Of a stretch of 64,000 nt of DNA, positions 18,786 to 28,825 are shown piece after piece (the first letter of the stretch is position 1; every line of letters starts with the position of its first letter). Position numbers and translations under genes: made by a program. The notes beneath the pieces were generated by a model. That model saw nothing but the letters and a program-made list of their open reading frames with translations, ran no database searches and had not been told where the DNA came from. The stretch covers positions 56,201 through 120,200 of the forward strand of contig JANWKT010000025.1 of NCBI GenBank assembly GCA_025451235.1, in the 5' to 3' direction. Origin of the DNA: Flavobacteriales bacterium (lineage in GTDB: Bacteria > Bacteroidota > Bacteroidia > CAIKAF01).

Positions 18786-19432
18786 GCACATCGAAAATAA
18801 AATTACTCATTGCTGATGACCATCATTTATTTTTAGAAGGGATCAGGTCATTGCTTGAAAAGGAAGAAGGGATGGAGATCATGGCCGCCGCCAGCAATGG
18901 AGAGGAAGTGTTGGATCTTATCCAGGAAATACCAGTAGATATATGCATTATTGATATCAATATGCCTGGATTAAATGGAATTGATACGGCCAAATATATC
19001 AAACAGCATCATTCCCAGATCAAAATCATTATTCTTACCACCTATAATGATAAAGAATTTGTGATGACCATGCTCAAAATAGGTGTTGAAGGATATGTGC
19101 TGAAAAATGCTACAAAAAAAGACCTGGTAAAAGCGATCAACGAAGTGATGCAAGGCAACAACTATTTTGCCAGTGATGTACATAATTATATTGTGAATGA
19201 TTTTATGAATAAAGTAAAACATTCCTCCAGGGAAGCGGTAGTGCTTACAAAGCGTGAAAAGGAAATTGTTCAATTGTTAGCCCAGGAACTCACCAATGAT
19301 CAGATCGCAGAAAGACTTCATATTAGTTTCCGTACGGTAGAAACTCACCGTAAAAATATTATGCAGAAAACAAAAGCGAATAACCTGGCAGGTTTGATCA
19401 AATTTGCTTATGCCCAAGGTCTTATTTCCTAG
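18782..19432 (+). CDS. Response regulator, REC + LuxR-type HTH (NarL/FixJ family)
   Basis: 'LLIADDHHLFLEGI', 'IIDINMPGLNG', and a C-terminal 'LTKREKEIVQLLAQELTNDQIAERLHISFRTVETHRKNI'. The start overlaps the HK stop. Confidence 0.9.
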   Translation: MSTSKIKLLIADDHHLFLEGIRSLLEKEEGMEIMAAASNGEEVLDLIQEIPVDICIIDINMPGLNGIDTAKYIKQHHSQIKIIILTTYNDKEFVMTMLKIGVEGYVLKNATKKDLVKAINEVMQGNNYFASDVHNYIVNDFMNKVKHSSREAVVLTKREKEIVQLLAQELTNDQIAERLHISFRTVETHRKNIMQKTKANNLAGLIKFAYAQGLIS

Positions 19433-19546
19433 TTTTTCTGTTTTCATACCAACTTATTGGTAGACAAAATGCCAATCAATGGGTATGGCCTACCTGGTGA
19501 TTAGGTAATATTTTTGAACCATATTCCCATATCAAAACCCCAAAAC

Positions 19547-20437
19547 ATGAATTCAAAACTACCTGCATTTTTCCTCCTCCTTTTTGTTCTGTTTAATTCG
19601 AACAACTTTGGTCAGATCCCGAGCAATGGATTTGAAGACTGGACATCTTTTGGAGCTTATATGCAGCCCACTGGATGGGTAAGTACCAATGAATATGCCA
19701 CAGGTCCTTTTTATGCCATAACGAGGGATACCTCCCACTTTCCTCCCTCGGTAGGCTCTTATTCTATAAGGCTGGAAAATAATTTATCCCTTAGTTTTCC
19801 CTCTGCCGGAGGTGCTTCCAAAACGGGAGATACGTTATTGGGGCAACAGGGTTTTTTTCCTATTACAGGACATCCAACCAGCTTAACAGGCTACTATAAA
19901 TTCAATCCAATGGCGGGTGATACGATGACTATTAGGGTGATCCTTTCTCAAACAGGTTTAGGGGAAGTTGCTACGGCAATATTTCATGCCACAACTGCTG
20001 CGCCTAACTGGACCTCTTTTAGCCTTCCAATTCCCGTCTATGCTAATGCGGACAGTGCAGAAGTTATGTTAGCTGCTTTTAATATAGATACGAATACAAC
20101 ATCGCCTTATCCTCAGGGTAGCTCCGTATTATATGTGGATAATTTAAATTTCGACAATCTTATCACCGGAGTGGAAGAAACCATTAAAAATGCCGAAATA
20201 CTGGTATACCCAAATCCTGCCACGGATCATATTACCATCGATATTCCTGAAAATGATCATCAAATGAAGATAATGGTTTACAATCATTTGGGAGAAGTCC
20301 TTATTGATCATCAAACTTTATCTGGAGAATTTTCCATTCACCTGGATATTTCGTCATTGGCTGAAGGCATTTATTCCGTCTGTTGCATGCACCCTAACCA
20401 TAACATTACAACTAAGCGGATAATTGTGATACGTTAA
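19547..20437 (+). CDS. Secreted protein with T9SS C-terminal sorting domain
   Basis: ATG at 19547 gives 'MNSKLPAFFLLLFVLFNSNNFGQ'. The C-terminus 'LVYPNPATDHITIDIP...LGEVL...LAEGIYSV' is a typical Por_Secre_tail. Confidence 0.75.
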   Translation: MNSKLPAFFLLLFVLFNSNNFGQIPSNGFEDWTSFGAYMQPTGWVSTNEYATGPFYAITRDTSHFPPSVGSYSIRLENNLSLSFPSAGGASKTGDTLLGQQGFFPITGHPTSLTGYYKFNPMAGDTMTIRVILSQTGLGEVATAIFHATTAAPNWTSFSLPIPVYANADSAEVMLAAFNIDTNTTSPYPQGSSVLYVDNLNFDNLITGVEETIKNAEILVYPNPATDHITIDIPENDHQMKIMVYNHLGEVLIDHQTLSGEFSIHLDISSLAEGIYSVCCMHPNHNITTKRIIVIR

Positions 20438-20447
20438 TACCTATTTC

Positions 20448-21605
20448 TTATTTAAGCGCATTCTTAAGATCAGTCAGCAGATCATCAATATGTTCGATAC
20501 CTACGCTCAAGCGTAAAAGATTATCCACCACTCCTACCCTTTCCCTTTCCTCTTTAGGAATGGATGCATGGGTCATGGTGGCCGGATGGTTCACCAAGGA
20601 CTCTACCCCACCTAATGATTCTGCCAAAGAAAATACTTTGAAGGAAGAGGCGATCTTAAATGTTTTATTGAGATCTGCATCTTTTAAGACCACAGAGATC
20701 ATTCCTCCGAAATCACGCATTTGTTTTTTGGCAATATCATGATTCGGATGGTCAGTAAAACCTGGCCAGTATATCTTTTCAATAGCAGGATGGGTTTTTA
20801 AATATTCAGCTATTTTTCTTCCATTAAAACAATGACGGTCCATACGTACATGCAAAGTTTTCAATCCACGCAATACCAAAAAGCTGTCCATGGGTCCCGG
20901 TACAGCTCCACATGAATTATGAATAAATGCCAGTTGTTCATACAACTTATCATCATTTAAACAAAGAGCACCCATCACCACATCACTATGTCCTCCTAAA
21001 TACTTGGTTACCGAATGCATCACTATATCTGCACCCCATTGAATAGGGTTTTGCAAATAAGGGGAGGCAAACGTGTTATCCACTGCAAACAATATTTTAT
21101 TTTCTTTCGCGATTTTTGAGCAGGCTTCCATGTCGATGATTTGCATGGTCGGATTGGTAGGAGTTTCAATCCATATCAATTTGGTGTTGGCATTTACATG
21201 CTTCCTGATACTGCTGATATCCTTTAGATCAATAAAGTGAAACTTGATCCCGAAGTTGGCAAACACCTTGGTGAACATTCGATAGGTCCCTCCATACAGA
21301 TCATCACCGGTGATCACCTCATCGCCTGGTTTCAGCAATTTGATAATAGCGTCTACCGATCCCATGCCGGATGAAAAGCACAGTCCATATTTAGCTCCTT
21401 CAAGGGAGGCAATACACTTTTCCAGCGCAGATCGGGTTGGGTTTTTCCCACGAGCATAAGCAAAACCTTTATGCTTTCCGGGTGATTCCTGCACATAGGT
21501 GGATGTTTGAAATATAGGGGTCATGATGGCACCGGTACCCCCATCAGGTTCTTGGCCTGCATGTATCAATCGGGTATCTAAATGCAGGTGATTGAAATCT
21601 TCCAT
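20448..21605 (-). CDS. PLP-dependent cystathionine gamma-synthase/beta-lyase family (trans-sulfuration) enzyme
   Basis: 385 aa with 'SVTKYLGGHSDVVMGAL' PLP-lysine region. Confidence 0.85.
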   Translation of the reverse strand: MEDFNHLHLDTRLIHAGQEPDGGTGAIMTPIFQTSTYVQESPGKHKGFAYARGKNPTRSALEKCIASLEGAKYGLCFSSGMGSVDAIIKLLKPGDEVITGDDLYGGTYRMFTKVFANFGIKFHFIDLKDISSIRKHVNANTKLIWIETPTNPTMQIIDMEACSKIAKENKILFAVDNTFASPYLQNPIQWGADIVMHSVTKYLGGHSDVVMGALCLNDDKLYEQLAFIHNSCGAVPGPMDSFLVLRGLKTLHVRMDRHCFNGRKIAEYLKTHPAIEKIYWPGFTDHPNHDIAKKQMRDFGGMISVVLKDADLNKTFKIASSFKVFSLAESLGGVESLVNHPATMTHASIPKEERERVGVVDNLLRLSVGIEHIDDLLTDLKNALK

Positions 21606-21614
21606 AGAAAATAA

Positions 21615-23459
21615 TTATTGGTTGATCCAGGCCTTCCTGAACCTTACTTGATCAGGGGTTGGATTTTCCACCAAATATAATTTCTTTTCAATCTGTAAGC
21701 TAGCTTTTCCTAAAACTCCTTTCAGTTTTACCTTTTTATACTTTTTTCCTTTGGGTCTCAAGATTTCATATTGGACCGGATCTCCGGTTTTAGATGTTTG
21801 ATAAAAGGTTTGTAATACTTCCATTACATTCGCCATTCTCAATTCCTTTCCATTGATCTTATCGATCATATCACCCGCTTGCAATTTCATTGTTTTCCCT
21901 ACTTCAGTGATGTACTCATCCGACATGATGTAAAACTTGTCCTGGGCTTCATCATAATTGATGTACTGAATATCAAATCCCGGGTCAATCACCTCGGTAA
22001 CTCCCCCTTCCGACAGTTCCAGACCAACAATACTGAGCATTTCTTTATAAGGGATCCTGTTAGGTCCAGCTACGTAGGTATCGAGGAATTTTCTCACTTC
22101 GGGATAGGTGAGTTTTTCAATCTCACCAAATAGCTCCTCATCCTTGAATGGTTTCCGCACCCCGTACTGATCTGATAGCTGGGCAATCACTTCCCTTAGG
22201 TTTTTAGATCCGTTTGAGTTTTGAATGATTAATATATCCAGGCACATATTGATCAAAGCACCTTTCTGATAAACATTGATATACTGGTCTTCATATACCC
22301 CTAAACAGCCTTTGCTCATGGTTGTAAAAGGGAGGGTATCATTAAAATTTTCAGCATAGTTCATCTTTTCAATGATGTTCTCCATATAAGCTTCCACATT
22401 GATCAATCCGCTTCTTACCTGCACCAAATGAGCATTGTATTCAGTCATCCCTTCATAGAGCCAAAGGTGTTCCGACATTTCAGGATTTGTGAAGTCAAAA
22501 TGATGGATCTCCTCGCTATGCAGGGTTAATGGAGTTACAATATGAAAGAATTCATGTGCAGCCACATCTTTCATGATCTGCTGGAAATATTCTTCTCCAT
22601 AAAATGGCATGAAATACATGGATGAATTATTATGTTCCAAGGCACCACCCCCAAATGAAACTTCTTTAGGAACATAAATGAGGAAAGCATACTTATCCAC
22701 CGGTAATTTTCCACCCAGAAAATTTTGCTGTGCATCCAGGATAGCCCCGATCCATTCGGCCACTTTTGATGAAAGTACTTCTTTGGGTTCATTGTAAACC
22801 GACACCAATACCCTGCAATTACCCACCTGTATAAAGGTGGTATCAGGTATGGTGTACATAATAGGCGAATCCACCAATTGGTCATAAGAAATGGTGGTGA
22901 AGTGATCTGTGTTTTGTTTGGAAGAAAAGTTTAATCCGGTAGAAGCATAAAAATTAAAGGGTCTGGTCACATCCACCTCATATCCTTTTTGGGTCATTCC
23001 TTCAAAATATCCAAAAAAACCATGATTGTTCAGCACGAAGCATCTATTTTCGTCGATCTCCGTACCGGCTGGCTCAAATATCTTGTTCTCACTGATCTCA
23101 GTGTCCCAGGTGTCCTCTACCCAATATTCTATCCCTGTCATTTGAGTTGCATTGCTGATCTTCCAGCTATTGTCATCGAGCCTGGTAACCGGACAATTCA
23201 CATTGGTGGGAGCACCCACCCTAAATTCCGAAACAAATCTCCCAAAATCATAGATCTTATAAGTACCCGGCACCATTTTAGGCATCCTGAAGATCACCTC
23301 ATCTGTGGTAATTTTAGGAGGGGTAAGTGTTACTTTGATTTTATCGTTGGCGATGGAAGTAAGGTCGATCTTATAGCTATACTTATCATTATTGCCATCA
23401 GCAAATACTGAGGCTGAAAATATAAATGCCAATGAAAAAGAAAGGAGTTTGAGGTTCAT
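21615..23459 (-). CDS. M61-family metallopeptidase with C-terminal PDZ domain
   Basis: Signal peptide, 'AAHEFFHIV' (HExxH) with downstream 'LYEGMTEY', and a PDZ-like C-terminus; 614 aa. Confidence 0.8.
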   Translation of the reverse strand: MNLKLLSFSLAFIFSASVFADGNNDKYSYKIDLTSIANDKIKVTLTPPKITTDEVIFRMPKMVPGTYKIYDFGRFVSEFRVGAPTNVNCPVTRLDDNSWKISNATQMTGIEYWVEDTWDTEISENKIFEPAGTEIDENRCFVLNNHGFFGYFEGMTQKGYEVDVTRPFNFYASTGLNFSSKQNTDHFTTISYDQLVDSPIMYTIPDTTFIQVGNCRVLVSVYNEPKEVLSSKVAEWIGAILDAQQNFLGGKLPVDKYAFLIYVPKEVSFGGGALEHNNSSMYFMPFYGEEYFQQIMKDVAAHEFFHIVTPLTLHSEEIHHFDFTNPEMSEHLWLYEGMTEYNAHLVQVRSGLINVEAYMENIIEKMNYAENFNDTLPFTTMSKGCLGVYEDQYINVYQKGALINMCLDILIIQNSNGSKNLREVIAQLSDQYGVRKPFKDEELFGEIEKLTYPEVRKFLDTYVAGPNRIPYKEMLSIVGLELSEGGVTEVIDPGFDIQYINYDEAQDKFYIMSDEYITEVGKTMKLQAGDMIDKINGKELRMANVMEVLQTFYQTSKTGDPVQYEILRPKGKKYKKVKLKGVLGKASLQIEKKLYLVENPTPDQVRFRKAWINQ

Positions 23460-23468
23460 ATATGTCGT

Positions 23469-24122
23469 TTAAAATTCTGGTGGTTTAATTTCTTTAAAAT
23501 GTCCGTTCAAGGCAATCTTGGTTTTCATCAATTCCCTTTTTTTAATATCGGGTAAAGCGTTTTCTATATATTTTATCAACTTCTGCTGGCGTTCATTCTC
23601 ATGTTTGGTCAGCAATAATTCATATTCTTTATCCAAAGGCATTCCTAAATAATGGGCAATGGAGAACGACATATTTTGCGGTCTCGAAGGTATTAAGTTT
23701 TTAGATACATCCAGCACCCTGGATAATTCAGTTAAGATTTCTTTTAATTTTTTAGAAATTCCTTCTTCCGCAACTTCGTGAAGGGGATATTGTATAAACT
23801 CATGTTCAAAAGACACGATGCCTGCCGGATACTGGGCATTTTCTGCTTTCTCAAAAAAATCAATGATCCTGAAAACTCTTAAACCTTTGAGTTTAACATC
23901 CATTCGGCCATCCGGATAGATTTTTTCAATAGAGGTCACTTCCGCTTCAGTACCATATTCCTGCATGTTTTCATTAAAATAAGCGGGTATACCAAATGCT
24001 TTGGTACCATTATAGCATTCTGAAATAAGCTGCTTATACCTTTCCTCAAATATATGAAGGTGAAGCCTTTCTCCAGGGAAAACCACTAATTGAAGGGGGA
24101 ATAAAGGTATATAGGTCGTCAT
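23469..24122 (-). CDS. Lon N-terminal (substrate-binding) domain-only protein
   Basis: 'IPLFPLQLVVFPGERLHLHIFEERYKQLI' is a classic LON-N start; 217 aa. Confidence 0.8.
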   Translation of the reverse strand: MTTYIPLFPLQLVVFPGERLHLHIFEERYKQLISECYNGTKAFGIPAYFNENMQEYGTEAEVTSIEKIYPDGRMDVKLKGLRVFRIIDFFEKAENAQYPAGIVSFEHEFIQYPLHEVAEEGISKKLKEILTELSRVLDVSKNLIPSRPQNMSFSIAHYLGMPLDKEYELLLTKHENERQQKLIKYIENALPDIKKRELMKTKIALNGHFKEIKPPEF

Positions 24123-24265
24123 TGCTTAATAATTACAAATAACGGCCAAATTCTTCAAAAAATGTTTACAGGGCTCGTTAAATATTGTTTACAATAGGTT
24201 GGCCCATCTCTTCTACATCCTCCCACCAGCCATCGATTACCCTAATTGCCTGAATTACCTTATTT

Positions 24266-25459
24266 TTGCGCATGGCCACACAAAGGCAGTTATTTTTACA
24301 ACACCTGGCTCAGGTAAGTCCAGAACCATTGTCAATAGAAATTGACCGGGCCAGAGGTTGCCTGCTGATCGATAAAAAAGGAAAACGATATCTCGACCTG
24401 ATCTCAGGAATAGCCGTCAGCAACCTGGGACATAATTATCCCTCCGTAAACAGGGCCATCCAAAAACAACTGAAAAAATATACCCACGTAATGGTCTATG
24501 GGGAATTGGTCGAATCACCGCAGGTATTATTGGCTAGCCGCTTAGCCGGCCTTCTTCCAAAATCGTTAGGGTCGGTATATTTTGTGAATAGTGGAAATGA
24601 AGCCATTGATGGAGCCATTAAACTGGCCAAAAGATATACCGGTAGATCGGAGATCATCTCCTTCCGGCATGGCTACCATGGCAGTGGTCAGGGAGCCCTC
24701 AGCGTTATGGGAGACGAATATTTTAAAAATTCTTTCCGCCCTTTGGTTCCTGGCAATAAGATCATTCGATTCAACGAAATGGAGGACCTGGAAAAGATCG
24801 GAAAGAAAACTGCTGCCGTGATCGTTGAGCCGGTTCAGGGAGAAGGAGGTTATATTCCAGCGGATCAAAAATGGCTAACACTTTTACGTGACCGTTGTAC
24901 GGTGATGGAAGCATTGCTCATCTTCGATGAAGTGCAAACCGGTTATGGAAGAACAGGGTCTTTATTTGCATTCGAGGCTTATCAGGTGGTACCTGATATT
25001 TTATGCCTCGCCAAAGGTTTTGGTGGTGGATTACCTCTGGGAGCATTTATTAGTTCAACTCAGATCATGAACAGTTTAACCCACGACCCGGTGCTAGGTC
25101 ATATCACTACATTCGGTGGGCACCCCTTAAGCTGCGCAGCAAGCCTGGCTACCTTAAAAGTTTTGCTGGAGAAGGAATATATTGCTGAAGTTCCACAAAA
25201 AGAAGCGTTATTCCGAAAACTATTGAAGCATGACCGCATTAAAAAAATAAATGGAAAAGGATTGATGTTGGCCCTGGAATTCGAAAGTGAGGAATTCAAT
25301 CGGAAGTTAATTACCAAGTGTATAGAAAATGGAGTTTTTACTGATTGGTTCCTGTTCAATGCCAACAGCATGCGGTTATCCCCTCCCCTGATCATTTCGA
25401 AAGACGAGATCAAGCGGGCATGCAAGCTTATCCTGCGATCCATTCATGAGATCAGTTAA
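24266..25459 (+). CDS. Class-III (acetylornithine/ornithine-type) aminotransferase
   Basis: 'NSGNEAIDGAIKLA' and 'DEVQTGYGRTG' motifs; 397 aa. Confidence 0.85.
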   Translation: MRMATQRQLFLQHLAQVSPEPLSIEIDRARGCLLIDKKGKRYLDLISGIAVSNLGHNYPSVNRAIQKQLKKYTHVMVYGELVESPQVLLASRLAGLLPKSLGSVYFVNSGNEAIDGAIKLAKRYTGRSEIISFRHGYHGSGQGALSVMGDEYFKNSFRPLVPGNKIIRFNEMEDLEKIGKKTAAVIVEPVQGEGGYIPADQKWLTLLRDRCTVMEALLIFDEVQTGYGRTGSLFAFEAYQVVPDILCLAKGFGGGLPLGAFISSTQIMNSLTHDPVLGHITTFGGHPLSCAASLATLKVLLEKEYIAEVPQKEALFRKLLKHDRIKKINGKGLMLALEFESEEFNRKLITKCIENGVFTDWFLFNANSMRLSPPLIISKDEIKRACKLILRSIHEIS

Positions 25460-25526
25460 TGGGATGCTCCCCTTGCTCAAAAAAATAAATGATTATATTT
25501 GAACTACGGGTATTTCCCCAAAGCGC

Positions 25527-26006
25527 ATGAAAAAAATTGCATTGATTATTTTTCTTATTGCATCTATTTTTACAGCCTGCCAAAAGCCCGTGGCCTCTTT
25601 TACAGAAAATGACAAAAAAAAAATGGTCGACAGCATTCGCTTGACTCTTAACAATTATTACGCGGATATTAAAAAAGATGGATTAACGGCCGAATTTCAA
25701 TACCTCGACAATTCCAAGGATTTTTTTTGGGTGCCTCCAGGTTATAAAGATCCAATCAATTATGATTCAGTGGTAGCAGTACTTACGAAGAATGCCCCCT
25801 CCTTTAGTTCCATTCACAATACATGGGATTCACTGACGATCATCCCCCTATCACCTGAATTGGCCTCCTATACAGGCAAAATACATTCGGTGATGGTAGA
25901 TACTGCAGGTAAAACCATGGATATACATTTGATTGAAACCGGCACCCTCATTAAAAGAAAGGATGGATGGAAATTATTAAATGGTCAAACTTCAATGATC
26001 AACTAA
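25527..26006 (+). CDS. Hypothetical lipoprotein
   Basis: 'MKKIALIIFLIASIFTACQ' lipobox; 159 aa. Confidence 0.55.
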   Translation: MKKIALIIFLIASIFTACQKPVASFTENDKKKMVDSIRLTLNNYYADIKKDGLTAEFQYLDNSKDFFWVPPGYKDPINYDSVVAVLTKNAPSFSSIHNTWDSLTIIPLSPELASYTGKIHSVMVDTAGKTMDIHLIETGTLIKRKDGWKLLNGQTSMIN

Positions 26007-26007
26007 T

Positions 26008-26847
26008 ATGATAACCGAAGAAGGAATTGTAGGAATAGGATTGATCGTGGTGAATTCTGTAGTTTCTTATTTCGGTTTAAGGAACCAGTCGTTTTTAGAA
26101 GGCTATTGTTTTGAGGTAGATAAGATCTTAGTGAAGAAAGACTTTAAGAGATTGATTACTTCGGGCTTTTTACACGTAAGCTGGATGCACCTGATCTTTA
26201 ATATGTTTTCCTTGTACGTGTTTAGCCGCCTGCTGGAACTAAGCGTAGGGCATGGGTTGTTTTTCCTGATCTATATGGTGAGTCTGGTGAGTGGAAACCT
26301 ACTGGCCTTGTTCATCCACCGGCATCATGGAGACTATAAAGCCATTGGAGCATCCGGAGCGGTAAGTGGGATCATATTCTCCTCTATTGCCCTGTTCCCA
26401 GGGATGGAGATCGGTTTATTTTTCATTCCCTTGTCAATTCCCAGCTGGGTATTTGGATTGGGTTATATTATGCTCACCATTTATGGTATCCGTTCTAAAA
26501 AAACCAATATTGGACATGAGGCACATTTAGGAGGGGCGTTGGGAGGAATGCTACTGGCCATTGGTTTTTATCCAGAATCACTTACCAATAATTACTTACC
26601 CATTTTAGTGATTACCGTTCCATCGATCCTATTCATCATTTTAATTGCATGGAAACCACAAATATTGATCATCGGCGCCACCAATAAAAAACCAGCTGCC
26701 TATACCATTGATGATAGGTATAATGAAGAAAAAATAGAAAGAGAAAAGGAACTGGATAGGATATTAGAAAAGATCCATCAGAAAGGAATGGACAGCTTAA
26801 CCACTAGGGAGAAAAAAATACTCGAAGAATTTTCAGCTAAAAAATAA
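26008..26847 (+). CDS. Rhomboid-family intramembrane serine protease
   Basis: 'GASGAVSGIIFS' (GxSG) and 'HLGGALGG' (His helix) over six TM helices; 279 aa. Confidence 0.8.
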   Translation: MITEEGIVGIGLIVVNSVVSYFGLRNQSFLEGYCFEVDKILVKKDFKRLITSGFLHVSWMHLIFNMFSLYVFSRLLELSVGHGLFFLIYMVSLVSGNLLALFIHRHHGDYKAIGASGAVSGIIFSSIALFPGMEIGLFFIPLSIPSWVFGLGYIMLTIYGIRSKKTNIGHEAHLGGALGGMLLAIGFYPESLTNNYLPILVITVPSILFIILIAWKPQILIIGATNKKPAAYTIDDRYNEEKIEREKELDRILEKIHQKGMDSLTTREKKILEEFSAKK

Positions 26848-26858
26848 ATCATGCATCT

Positions 26859-27776
26859 ATGAGAAACGACTGGAAAGATAGTTCTGTGCCTGATTGGGCA
26901 AGCTTCTTTAACAAGGAGGAATACGAGGAATTCATCATACTTGTATCCAAATACATGCAATCTAAAAACGTAAAATTCACCATCGATGACGGCGTGGTGA
27001 ATGCCGAAGAAAATGGAGCCGGGTTTGGTAAAATGGGACTGGACAATATTGCACGGACCTGCAGGCAAATCGAGATGAATGAATGGGAGTACAGGATCAA
27101 TTATCATTTTGATGCTTTAGAAAAATCTCGTTTGTTCCAACAGGAAATAGAATCGAAAAAAGACTCCTTCGAATATATGCGGCAATTTCTGGCAGTAAGA
27201 ATTTATCATGCCGATTATGCCCAGCAACTGGAGCAGGTTCACTTCATTAAAAAATCCATTGCAGAAGATCTAATAGCGGTGATGGTATTTGATTTTCCTG
27301 ACAGCATTCAGAATATCCAACCCTCCGATATCGAAAAATGGGGTCAGCAGGAAGCTGACTTATTTGAATTGGGTATTGAAAATGTTAGGAAAAACAACAA
27401 CCTTTCTCTTAATGCCATTGTTGTGAATGACTTTACGTTGTATACCATTGATTCGGAACATTTTTTTGCCGGCAACATGTATTTTGAATTGGATATGTTA
27501 AAAATGATCGATCCTGCTAAGGGGGCTTTGGTAGCATTTCCCAATCGGCATTGCAGTCTCATGTATCCCATCAAAGACATGAGTATGGTACAAGTATTGA
27601 ACGAGCTCTTTAACATCGTTTACAATATGCACAATGATGGAGCGGGGCCTATCAGCAGCTCTGTCTATTGGTATAACCAGGGAAAATTAACCAGGATTCC
27701 CTACCAGATAGAAGAAGAAGAACTAAAAGTGGTCCCTCCTGAAGAATTCATTCGATTCATGAACTCATTGTCTTGA
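26859..27776 (+). CDS. Hypothetical cytoplasmic protein
   Basis: 305 aa ORF with ordinary codon usage and no recognisable motifs. Confidence 0.5.
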   Translation: MRNDWKDSSVPDWASFFNKEEYEEFIILVSKYMQSKNVKFTIDDGVVNAEENGAGFGKMGLDNIARTCRQIEMNEWEYRINYHFDALEKSRLFQQEIESKKDSFEYMRQFLAVRIYHADYAQQLEQVHFIKKSIAEDLIAVMVFDFPDSIQNIQPSDIEKWGQQEADLFELGIENVRKNNNLSLNAIVVNDFTLYTIDSEHFFAGNMYFELDMLKMIDPAKGALVAFPNRHCSLMYPIKDMSMVQVLNELFNIVYNMHNDGAGPISSSVYWYNQGKLTRIPYQIEEEELKVVPPEEFIRFMNSLS

Positions 27777-28414
27777 AAATGAAAAGCTTTCCCATACTAG
27801 CGGTTGCCTCCCTATGGATGTGTTCATGCGGACAAGCAAAGGTGAACACCTCCCAACCAACCATAGTACAAGACGGAAAAGATACATGCGACGATCCAGA
27901 TGCAAATATCAATTGCTGTTTTCTAAATATGCCCCAGAAACTCACTTCTGAAATGAATATAGCAGATGCCAATGAACCTGGGCTGAGGCTTGAACTCACC
28001 GGTACCATTTTTCAGTCAGATGGGAAAACACCCTATCCAGGGGTGATCATCTATGCCTATCATACGGATAACAACGGTCTATACAGCAAAAAGGAAAATG
28101 AAACAGGTGTCCAAAAATGGCATGGACATTTACATGGCTGGTGTAAAACAGATGAGAAAGGAAACTATGCCATCCATACTATTCGCCCGGCAAGATATCC
28201 CGACAATACCATACCGGCACATATCCATGCAGCCGTGAAAGAACCGTCAGGAAAAGTATCTTATATCAACGATTTTGTATTTAAAGACGATAGCCTGGTG
28301 AATGAGAAATATATTTCATCACTCACATTAATGGGAGGGAATGGAATAATTGACCTGGTAAAAAAAGGTACCTTTATTTATGCTGGCAAAAGAGATATCA
28401 CTTTACCTGATTAA
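27773..28414 (+). CDS. Intradiol ring-cleavage dioxygenase-like lipoprotein
   Basis: Lipobox 'LAVASLWMCSCGQ'. 'PGVIIYAYHTDNNGLYS..WHGHLHGWCKTDEKGNYAIHTIRPARYP..AHIHAAV' resembles protocatechuate dioxygenase beta-type cores. Confidence 0.65.
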   Translation: MKMKSFPILAVASLWMCSCGQAKVNTSQPTIVQDGKDTCDDPDANINCCFLNMPQKLTSEMNIADANEPGLRLELTGTIFQSDGKTPYPGVIIYAYHTDNNGLYSKKENETGVQKWHGHLHGWCKTDEKGNYAIHTIRPARYPDNTIPAHIHAAVKEPSGKVSYINDFVFKDDSLVNEKYISSLTLMGGNGIIDLVKKGTFIYAGKRDITLPD

Positions 28415-28825
28415 GTCTTTTTTCTTTCTTCTTGAAAACATCAGGTAAAAGCTATGCAGGCCTAGGCAACCGACGATCATTAATCCAATTTTTGCTGGTA
28501 CAGACATATATTGGTTGTTTTTCATATATCGAGCCATATACCATGATAGAGTACCTTCGCAGCAGAAGGTTACAACTTCGCATAGGTGTTATTTTCTCTT
28601 AAAGACCAATATAATCCATCATAAATTAGGTTATTAACAACATATCAACTACATTTGTACAAGTTTTAGCAGAAATAGTTCTGTGATAGTAAGTATCCTT
28701 TTAATAGAAGTCCTTTCTAACAATCGCTAATTTTCGCTGAATAGTTATTAATCCTGGGGAACATTTTCCATTTGACACAGATGTATGGAGCATGTTTGAA
28801 CCTGGGGAAACTATTTATTCATATA

